Origin: the human T2T-CHM13v2.0 reference genome, Homo sapiens
Assembly (NCBI RefSeq): GCF_009914755.1
Contig: NC_060939.1
Strand: one strand, 5' to 3'
DNA: 64,000 bases
The notes beneath the pieces were generated by a model. The model saw only the letters and a program-made list of their open reading frames with translations, made no database searches and was not told where the DNA came from. Position numbers and translations under genes: made by a program. This document shows, piece after piece, positions 30,049-40,652 of the stretch (within the stretch, counting starts at the first letter, position 1; each line of letters starts with the position of its first letter).

Positions 30049-30212
30049 AATCTGTTCCATTACTTGACTGAAGTGAAATCTAATGGTGGAGTGAAAATCC
30101 CAGAAGTCAAAGGGGATGAAGCCTGGAAGGTTTTCTTTGATGATGCTTCCCAAGAAATAGTTGATGAATTTGCTATGCGTTATGGAATTGAATCCATTTA
30201 TCAAGCTATGAC
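30049..30212 (+). CDS. UNC13C: UNC13C coding exon (164 nt)
   Basis: Acceptor gcttttag, donor AC|gtaagt. Translates [54 protein letters not shown](T). Confidence 0.97.
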
Positions 30213-30424
30213 GTAAGTACTACAGAACATTTACATGGTCAATATCTCTATTAAAATATAAAGAAAGAAAGGAGCGTTCATCTCACTTCTAATTCAAATG
30301 AAACTGATTAAAAAGAGGATTATATTTCACTGTGCATGTTTGATGCTGACTACTCTCTCTTACAGCTGTAAAGTATTAATGACTTGGTAATTCACTACCA
30401 CCATCCTCCAATCCTTGTTCTGTC

Positions 30425-30742
30425 CTCCAAGTGTGGTTCCTTGACAAATAGTATCAACAGCACCTGGCAACTTAGCAATGCAAATTATCCACCCCATCCC
30501 AGACCTACTGAATCAGAAACTCTGAGGGTGGAATCCAGCAACCTATGGTTTAACAAGTCTTCCAGGTGATTCTCATATACTTTAAAGTTTGAGAGCCAGT
30601 GACTTATTCCATATCTGAGGTAACTAAAGCCCTGGTTTGTCCAAGGTCACAAAGCCTGTTAGTGAGAGAGACAGGTCCAGAGCTATTATGGTGTCTTGTT
30701 CCAAATTTTAGACTATGTCTTTCCTTCTCATATTTATATCAG
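30425..30742 (+). mobile_element. MER5A-like DNA transposon plus adjacent MIR-like fragment (copy 2)
   Basis: caagtgtggttcc...ccagacctactgaatcagaaactctgagggtgg...ccaggtgattctc...aagtttgaga is MER5A-like. Confidence 0.8.
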
Positions 30743-31123
30743 TACTGCTAATTCAGTAAAACAAAGATTTATTTAGCACCCATAGAACGCAAACAGTATA
30801 AAAAATGTGATACCACAGAATTAACTTATTATAATTTCAGTGAGGATTTAGAACTGAATTTCAGTAAGGGTTTAGTAATGAACAGAAGTATTCATTACTT
30901 CCCCATAGTTTCCTTTTTGAGACCTGGTCTAATTTTATAAGTGCATATGGTTCAGATATATACCAGGTGTAATTTGTAAATTATTTATATTAGATGACTT
31001 TTTTCATATTAACAACAAGATCTCATTTTCATGTAAACTGAATAGATACTGGTCCAGATAAGAAGTCAATTTCAATCATCTTAATGATGAATGAAGACTG
31101 GGCCAAAATCAGTGTTCATTTTC

Positions 31124-32707
31124 TTTTGTTTTTTTTTTTTTTTGAATGTAAGTTCTGGGGTACATGTGCAGAATGTGCATGTTTGTTACGTAGGTATACA
31201 TGCGCCATGGTGGTTTGCTGCACCCATCAACCCATCATCTACATTAGGTATTTCTCCTAATGCTATCCCTCCCTTAGCCGTCTACGCCCCAACAGGCCCC
31301 GGTGTGTGATGTTCCCCGCCCTGTGTCCATGTGTTCTCATTGTTCAGCTCTCACTTTTGAGTGAGAACATGCAGTGTTTGGTTTTCTGTTCTTGTGTTAG
31401 TTTGCTGAGAATGATGGTTTCCAGCTTCAACAATGTCCCTGCAAAGGACATGAACTCATCCTTTTTTATAGCTGCATAGTATTCCATGGTGCATATGTGC
31501 CACATTTTCTTTATCCAGTTTATCATTGATGGGCATTTGGGTTGGTTCCAAGTCTTTGCTATTATGAACAGTGCTGTGATAAACATACGTGTGCATGAGT
31601 CTTTATAGTAGAATGATTTATAATCCTTTGGGTATATATCTAGTAATGGGCTTGCTGGGTCAAATGGTATTTCTAGTTCTAGATCCTTGAGGAATCACCA
31701 CACTGTGTTCCACAATGGTTGAACTAATTTACACTCTCATCAACAGTGTAAAAGCATTCCTATTTCTCCACATCCTCTCCAGCATCTGTTGTTTCCTGAC
31801 TTTTTAATGATCACCATTCTAACTGGCATGTGATGGTATGTGATTGTGGTTTTGATTTGCATTTCTCTAATGACCAGTGATGATGAGCTTTTTTTTCATA
31901 TGTTTCTTGGCTGCCTAAAGGTCTTCTTTTGAGAAGTGTAAGTACATATCCTTTGCCCACTTTGTAATGGGGCTGTTTGTTTTTTTCTTGCAAATTTGTT
32001 TAAGTTCTTTGTAGATTCTCGATATTAGCCCTTTGTCAAATGGATAGATTGCAAAAATTTTCTCTCATTCTGTAGGTTGCCTATTCACTCTGATGATAGT
32101 TTCTTTTGCTGTGCAGAAGCTCTTTAGTTTAATTAGATCCCATTTGTCAATTTTGGCTTTTGTTGCCACTGCTTTTGCTGTTTTAGTCATGAAGTTTTTG
32201 GCCATACCTATGTCCTGAATGGAATTGTCTAGGTTTTCTTCTAGGGTTTTTATGCTTTTAGGTTTTACATTTAAGTCTTTAATCCATCTTGAGTTAATTT
32301 TTGTAAAATGTGTAAGGAAGGGATCCAGTTTCAGCTTTCTGCATATGGCTAGCCAGTTTTCCCAACACCATTTATTAAATAGGAAACCCTTTCCCCATTG
32401 CTTGTTTGTGTCAGGTTTGTCAAAGATCAGATAGTTGTAGATGTGTGGCGTTATTACTGAGGCCTCTGTTCTGTTCCATTGGTCTCTATATCTGTGTTGG
32501 TACCAGTACCATGCTGTTTGGTTTACTTAAGTCAGGTAATGTGATGTGTCCAGCTTTGTTCTTTTTGCTTAGGATTGTCTTGGCTATGCTGGCTCTTTTT
32601 TTATTCCATATGAAATTTAAAGTAGTGTTTTTCTAATTCTGTGAAGAAAGTCAGTGGTAGCTTGATGAGGCATACTTCCCAAAGTAATTGATAGATTCAA
32701 TGCTATC
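31124..32707 (-). mobile_element. 5'-truncated primate L1PA with short 5' inversion
   Basis: Poly(T), L1PA 3'UTR and ORF2 C-terminus (ORF 31344..31586 MFITALFIIAKTWNQPKCPS). Inverted piece at 32671-32707. TSD atcagtgtt(ca/tc)ttttc. Confidence 0.95.
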
Positions 32708-33463
32708 AGTGTTTCTTTTCAAAGTTTACTGTTCATAGCCCTTAATCTCTAATCATAATTCTAGAACAACATAATGTAAGCATGAATGATAATTACTGAT
32801 AGAGAAATTGTGCATGCTTTTTCAGTACATAGAATGTCCTTATGCTAAATAATAAAGATATATAGATTCTTAGATGTGAAAAAAAAATAAGAAACCTTAG
32901 AGATCACTCGATTGAACCTCCTTCTCAAATCTAGAAACTTTGTTATTGGATCCCTGACTAATGGTCATCATCCCTTGTTCATCCACATCCAGTAATAGGG
33001 AGCTCACTACTTTGGAGGGAACTTGTTTTATAATTGGTCAACCATAATAGAGTCTGTGATTTTGACATCTGTTCCATCCCATGCCAAAGGCTATGATTCA
33101 GAACACCTAGTATAAAGTTATAGCACAATTAAAATGCAAGTATGATGAACAGTCTAAGGGAAATGAATTGTTCTGCCTAAAGAAAGGTAGGTTACAAAAT
33201 CAAAACAACCTGCTGCTGGATAGAATCCCATTAAAAGAAAAGATTAAGTTAAATTTATTCTAAAATATCTCTGGGAGCTGATGTTAGATTCATTCATTTC
33301 CATCTTTTCTGTGTTCTAAGAAACACAGTCATGTTAATATAGAAAAATGGTAAGTATGTATCACATAGATCGTTGGAAAGAGGAGAATTAGCCCTTCCTT
33401 ATTTTATTACATTGTATAATGTAACTCTTGCCTCTCAATCTAAGTAAAAGATAAGTATTTTTC

Positions 33464-33744
33464 TTTTTTTTTTTTTTCCAGTTAATTTAGAAAGCTTATT
33501 TTGCCAAGGTTGAGGACACGCTCCCATGACATGGTCTCAGGAGTTCCTGACGACATGTGCCCAAGGTGGTCGGGGCACAGCTTGGTTTTATACATTTTAG
33601 GGAGACATGAGACATTAATATATGTAAGATGTACATTGGTTCCATCCAGAAAGGCGGGGTCAACTCACAGCAAGGAGGGGGCTTCCAGGGCACAGGTAGA
33701 GGAGAGACAAATGGTTGCTTTTTTTGAGTTTCTGATAAGCCTTT
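33464..33744 (-). mobile_element. MER4A-type ERV1 LTR fragment with poly(A) tail and 16-bp TSD
   Basis: T14 tract, then antisense MER4A-like text. Perfect TSD aagataagtatttttc at 33448-33463 and 33745-33760. Confidence 0.88.
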
Positions 33745-33878
33745 AAGATAAGTATTTTTCAAAAATATTTTGGATATTTATTTGGTAGCAAGTGACCTGC
33801 AGGTATATTGGGTCTCATTGTATTTATAAATCTCAGGAAAGGCAAAACTCCTGTTCACACTAGACAACTGTCTAAGAG

Positions 33879-34110
33879 CAGGGGTTGGAATTTTTTTTTC
33901 TGTAAAGGGCCAGATAGTAAATATTTTGTAGTTGTACCAGTCTCTGTTACACTGCTTAGCTCTGCAGTACTAGTGCAAAGCAGCCATAGATATTAAGTAA
34001 ATAAATGGAAATGGCTGTGTGCTGATAAAACTTTATTTTAAAAAACAGAAACTCGGAATTTGGTCAGGGTTTGGCATGAGGGCATGAGGGCCATAGATTC
34101 ACTGGTCTAA
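33879..34110. mobile_element. MER58A-like hAT-Charlie MITE
   Basis: caggggttgg...ctgtaaagggccagatagtaaatatttt...aaagcagccataga. Confidence 0.8.
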
Positions 34111-34271
34111 GGAGTGAAAACAAGGCAGATAGAAATAAAGCAAAAGAATGCCTTAGGTTTTATGATTCATTGACAATTACACTTCAGTGACAATAATGTG
34201 GTAGATTATGTGTACTTGTGGTTATACATTTGATTTAAAAATATTTTTATATATCACATGTTTCTTTTAGC

Positions 34272-34594
34272 ACTGAATACTTATCATGACAAGCCTAACA
34301 TTTTTCCCAGCTTAGCAAAACTTTAGACAGGCTTCTTTCTGCCTCTATCGCCCTGACGTCCGTTTCCTCCCAGCCCTTGCAGATTCCAAATGACCTAAAC
34401 CCACAGGCCTCTGACCTCCTTTCCCTTAGAGCATTTACTTTAGAAAACTTACAATTGTAAATTCTTTCTCTGTTCCTTTGAGATGTAACTAAAAAAAAAA
34501 AAAAAAAAAACCCTTACCTGATCTTGTCCCTGTTGCAGTAGCCTTAATGAAAATTCCCTTGTCTAATTAACTTTGGTGCAATTTTTGCTTTGGC
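34272..34594 (+). mobile_element. MER31-like ERV1 LTR remnant
   Basis: ctttagacaggcttc...cttagagcatttactttagaaaacttacaattgtaaattctttctctg. Confidence 0.65.
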
Positions 34595-36965
34595 AGTACA
34601 AAATTTTCCATTACTTTGCCAGAAGAAAAAAATTCTGTTGACAATCTGATCAATCCTAAGGAAATTACTACCAACATAGATACAATCTCTATTGTACCAA
34701 TAAAGATTTTATGAATACCAATATTATTTATTGGTATTCATTAGTTATTAGAAATTATTGTTTTTATACAAAAATATACGTGTACTCATTTTATCTCAAT
34801 CTGTTAATATAATTGTAATCTGTAATTATATCCAGGAAAGAGAATAGAATGGAACAGCATAGAGGTGCACTTGAATTCTATTCCACGACTTACAAATTGA
34901 AATTTTGAAGAGAGAAATCATATCTTTCATTACTGCTTCATAAGAAGTTCTTGATACATGATAGAAAGTCAGTACATATTTGCAATTGAGGGAATCAGAG
35001 GCAGAAGCTGTTTATCAGAATTACATTTATTTTTACCTTCTCCTAGTGTGTTTCTAGATGCCAGAGTTTTTCAGTTGCCAAAAAGAAAGTGAAAATGAAA
35101 AGTTTAATTGAGCTGATATAGGGGTCTATGTCACCATTTATGCTGTAATAAGGGTGAGAGCACACTACATTGATTGATCGTTTTTAAAAATTTGAGGAAG
35201 TTTCAGAGTACTGAGTTCTTTTTTCAGTCAAGAGTTGAAATACAGCTTTCAGAGATAGTTTCCACCATACTTTTAAAATGATGCTTTTGCAATTGAATTG
35301 TAACTTGAGCCCTAAGCTATTGCTGGCCAAGCACTAACTCAACTGAAAAAAAAACTGTTTATGAATAAATCTATCTTTTAATTTAAACCGGTTGACTAAT
35401 GAATAGGTATTTTTCTGTTGTTCTGAAACCTTGCATCAGGGAACAACAACAATAAAAGTAACCGGAAAGCCAACCAACCAACCAACGAAAGAACAACAAA
35501 ACCTAGAACGCAACATTTGAAGCCTGTCTCAGAATTACTTCCTCTTAATTCTTAAAAAAACAAAATTGGAAAACTCAGCTACAAAGAAGAAATGCTGTCT
35601 TTTCTCTATAATAAGGATACTTAACCATTTTCGAAAAAGACAAAAGTCCTTAATTCTGTGGATTTTCCTAGACACTATTTGATCAAAAACAGAAATCAAA
35701 TTGTACCTTCTTTTGATATTTAAATACTCTTTAGGGTTAGCCAAATCCCCGGGTAATTTCATAATCTTCCTCTTTTATTAGAGATTTCTTGGTTTCTTTT
35801 GAGCACATTCCCATTTCTTTGAAGATGGATTTGGAGAATAAATAAATAAGGGGAAGTATGTTTTAAGTCAGAATCTGGTAGTACACTACTGAATTTTTCT
35901 CTTGTGAATTTCTTTTCAGACAAAAGAGTCTGAAACTATTTTGCTGGTAAACCTGAGCATTAGGACTGAACGTCCCAGTGCTCCAAGGTACCTCCAGCTT
36001 ACTATAAAGCATTCCTCTTTCCACAGAATATTTTCTGTGAGGGTACCATTTATTAGCCCTACCTGTTACATAAAAATGACCCTTTGTTCTGGAGCATGCG
36101 TCAGTAGGAGAGGGATTACAATTTTCCTGTTTGGACAAGTGATTGATCAAGGACCTGAAGAATTTGTTCCCACATGGCAAATGCAACCATCCATCTAAAA
36201 TAAAAACAATTTTCTAACTAATGATAGTAAGAATGATAGGCTGTTCCCCTTCTCTAAGGAACACACCATTCCACATATTTTGCATCATGGGGTGAGGCAT
36301 AGAACTTGTTTCCATCATCAATATTTTGGGAGTTCTTGATGCTTTTCATCTATATATGCAATGTGTATGTTCCTAATAGTGTTTTGACAGACTAATTGTT
36401 CACAGCTGAACACATCCGGGGAATTCTATATCAGTCATTATGGTTTAAATCATCCTCTGGAGATTATTTCTGTCAAGAAAATACATTTTCTTGAGTGTTT
36501 AATCAGTCATTTATTGTAACATGAAGGCTAAGATGTCTCACAAAGTCTGAGATTCTATTAGGCTATGGTTTTGCCTCTACAATAGCAAAGGAGAGGAAAG
36601 CATTAGGTCGGTGTTTTTTACCTTGATGTGCTTACAAAACAACCTGTAATGTACCCTGGCACTGACCATCTTTATCTAATTTATATTTAAATCAGAACTG
36701 TTTGGATACAGGTTACTTTAAAGTCACAGTCTGTTTTAACTGCTTTATCCAGGAGTCTATCTGTAAAAAAGAGTGCTGCTTAATGGAGTCATTCATTTGT
36801 TTAAGAAATATTTACTCAGTGCCTATCATGTGCCAGAAACATTTCTATGGTTACAGCAGTGAACAAGAAGTCAGTCTAGTTTCTCATGAACCCCACATTC
36901 TAGAAGATGAAATTAATTTATTCAATAGATTTTCTGAGGATGTAAGTATGAGGACTTATATAGAA

Positions 36966-37334
36966 TGTCTTAGTCTGTGAGGCTGCTATAAAAAATACCA
37001 TCAATTGAGTGGCTTATAAACAACAGAAATTTATTTCTCACAGTCCTGGATGCTAGAAGGTCCAAAATTAAGGTGCCATCAGATCTGGTGTCTGACGAGG
37101 GCCATTTCCTGGTTCATTTATGGCTGTCATTTCACTGTGTGCAAGCTTCACATGGCCAAAGGGATGGAAGCTCTCTGGGGCCTCTTTTATAAGACAACTA
37201 AAATCCCATTCATGAGGGGCTCCCCACTTATGATCTAATCACCTCTCAACAGCCTCACCACTTAATACTACAACCTTGAGTCATAGGTTTCAACATATGA
37301 GTTTTTCATGAACACAACTGTTCAGACCACAGCA
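36966..37334 (-). mobile_element. MaLR solo LTR (MST/MLT1A-like)
   Basis: tgtcttagtctg...ggcttataaacaacagaaatttatttctcacagt...cagaccacagca. Confidence 0.85.
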
Positions 37335-38200
37335 CAAGGCAATGGGGAAATAGCAGTAAAAGATAGCTCTTGTCTCTAGTAAGCTCCTGATTTAGGGGGA
37401 AGAGAACAAAGAGATTAAATAGTAACAAGCATGGGGGCTATAAGGGCATAGGTATAGAGGAAGCAAATCCAAGCACAGATGAGAAGTGTCAGAGGAAGCC
37501 GATGGGCAGCCTGAGGGCCCCACCCTTACTTGTCCTTCAACTTCTGTCTTCCTCTAAAATCTGTGCCTTTTATTTATTTTCCAGTCACACACCATTGCTC
37601 TTGTACTCAAAATCTCCATAACTGGGCTCTAGCAACCCATAGCATCTTTGAGAAGCTATGATGTTTTTGGTCAAAACAGAAGTGACATTTAAGTGTTTGA
37701 GTCATCTTTAGTGACGAGAATGAATAAAATTCTAACTTATCACTGATAAGTTAGAATGCTGAGCTGAATTTGGGGGAGCAAGTGTGATGAATATTGTTTT
37801 AGTGTATTTCTAACATCAGAAATGCAGATAGTCTTTCCTTTCATTTTGCATAGTATCTCTGAAATTGCTTGCAACAATCTAAGAATCATAATCTTCCTTT
37901 TGGTACTTCTTTCCAATCACCTTGTTCTTCTGTTCATTGATTATTTTTAAACTTTAGATGAAAGTCATTTCTAGTCTTTGAAAACCACAAGTTCCGTATG
38001 ATTTCGGACACCTGTCCCTGAACTGGCATGTGAGTTAGAGGATTGTTTTATTTTTTTTGTTCAACAATAGCAAGTGACATTAACCCAGATGTGCTATTTG
38101 AAATACATATTAGACCAATAATATTTTGACTATTAATGGTTAATAACTTTGTAGCAGTTGCTTTAGCCAAAAACTTGCCAGTAACTATCTCATTATTTGC

Positions 38201-39720
38201 TTTTTAAATTTTTTTAAAAATTGATTGATAAAATTTTATGTATTTATTATATACAACATGATGTTTTGAAGTATATATACATTGTAAAATGACTAAATCT
38301 AGCTAATGAACATATATATTACTTTACATAGTTATTTGTGTCATGAGTACACTTCCACGCTGTTAGCATTTTTCAAGAATACAATGCATTGTTATTAACT
38401 ATCATCACCATGTTGTACAATAGGCATTTTGAACTTATACCTCATATCCAAGTGAAAATTTTTATGCTTTAACAAATATCTCCCAGCACCCACCCTGCTA
38501 GCCAACTCCAGCTCCTGGTAACTACCATTTTACTCTCTAATTCAGTAAGTTCCTCTTTTTTTATATATTTCACATATGAATGAGATGATCATATGGTATT
38601 TTTCTTTCTGTGCCTGGCTTATTTCATTTAACATAATGTTCTCCATGTTCATCCATGTTGTTGCAAATGATAAAATTTCCTCCATTTTTATGGCTGAATA
38701 CTATTCCATTGTATGTATATACATTTTCTTTATCCATTTATCTGTCAATGGACAGTTACATTGATTTCATATCTCGGCTATTGTGAGTAATGCTGCAATA
38801 AATATGGGTGTGCGGATATTTCTTGACATACTGATTTATTTTCTTTGGCTATAAGCCCAGTAGTGGAAATAATAGATTATATAATAGTTCTATTTTTAAC
38901 TTTTTGAGGAAGCTTCTTACTGTTTGTCATAATTGCTGTAATAATTTACATTACCATCAACAGTGTACGAGATTCTGTTTGCTCCACCTCCTTGCCAAGG
39001 CTTGTTATCTTTTACCTTTTTTGGTAATAGCCATTCCAATAGGAGTGAGGTGATAGCTTATCGTGGTTTTAATTTGCATTTCTCTGATGATTAGTGATGT
39101 TACATATTTTTCATATACTATTGGGCATTTGTATGTCTTCTTCAGGGAAATATCTATTCAGATCCTTTGCCCATTTTTTAATCATGTTATTTGTTTTCTT
39201 GCTGTTTAATTATTTGAGTTCCTTTTATATTTTGGATATTAACGCTTTATTAAATGTATAGTTGGCAAATTTTTTCTCCCACATTGTAGGGTGGCTCCTC
39301 ACTTTGTTGATTGTTTCCTTTACTGTGAAGAAGCTTTTTAGGTTAATTCAATCCCATTGTCTATTTTTGCTTTTGTTGCCTGTGCTTTTGAGGTTGTAAC
39401 TAATACATCATTGCACAGACCAATGTCATGCAGTTTTTCCTCTATGTTTTCTTCTAGTAGTTTTATAGTTTTGGGTCTTACATTCAAGTCTTCAATCAAT
39501 TTAGAGTTGATATTTTATATGGTGTGGGATAAGGGTGGGTCAAATTGTATTCTTCTGCATGTGGACATCCAGTTTTTTCAACATCATTATTAAAGAGATT
39601 ATCCTTTTCTCATTGGCACTCCCGTTGAAAATCATTTGTCAGTAAATGTGTGGATTTATTTCTGGGCCCTCTATTCTGTTCCATTAATCTATGTGTCTAT
39701 TTTTATGTCAGTACCATGTT
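38201..39720 (-). mobile_element. 5'-truncated L1MA
   Basis: Antisense L1MA 3'UTR and ORF2 end. 11-bp TSD tcattatttgc at 38190-38200 and 39721-39731. Confidence 0.9.
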
Positions 39721-40576
39721 TCATTATTTGCAGTAAGTATCATCTTTTTAGAGTTTATTACTCTAACTTTTCCCATGGAACTAAAATTCCATTTGTTGAA
39801 TTCTTCTGACACTAGCACCATTTACTTGCAAAAGTAAAGTCAAATGTTTTAATGTTAATGCATTGTTTTTAATCATGTCTTTAGGGGAGAATATTAAACA
39901 TTTCCAGAGATTGCAACAGTACTTTTTGACCTTTTTTTTTTGAAGATGTACTCTCTGGTTTTTGAAGAAGTGGTTTGCAGCACCTCTGAGTCAGTCATTT
40001 TTAATTATTGGTTGTACTTGTAATCCTATTTCCACCCTGAGAATAATTTAAGTAGTGTTAGAACTGTAGCTGTTAAAAGTAAATGATTTTCAATGAATAT
40101 GGTTAGAAGCAAGAAAAAGTTTGCCTTGGCTGTAACTACACATAAAGAGAGAACCCATGCAAACTCAGAGGCGGACATCTTGCCAAATTGAACCTCCTAT
40201 AGAAGCCCATTAGCTGAAAGCTCTGCAAAGAGCAATGATTGCCTCAGGCTGACTTCTGTGTCCAGTGCTTTCTTGCTATTTTTCCTAACCCCTGGCTGCA
40301 ATAGAATCAAATGCTCATGGTGGAGAGAAGTGATGAATGCAGCCGGACACAGCCAACATGTTATTTATATTCAGAAAGGCATAGCATGTTAGAGCATGTA
40401 AGGGTTAGATCTTCTAAAAATCCTTTCATTTTGCAGATGGAAAAACTGAATCTAGAAGTGATGAAGTCACTTTTTAAGGTCACAGAAGACGGCTAGGTTT
40501 AGCATGAAGCATCTTTATGCCTTGGTACTCTTAACTCTAAATTGGCCACCCAGATTCCTTTTATCCCGCCTCATTT

Positions 40577-40652
40577 TATATATCTATATCTATATCTATA
40601 TCTATATCTATATCTATATATATGTACATACACACACACACATGCACACACA
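40577..40652. repeat. (TATATC)n plus (CA)n microsatellite
   Basis: Directly visible. Confidence 0.9.
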
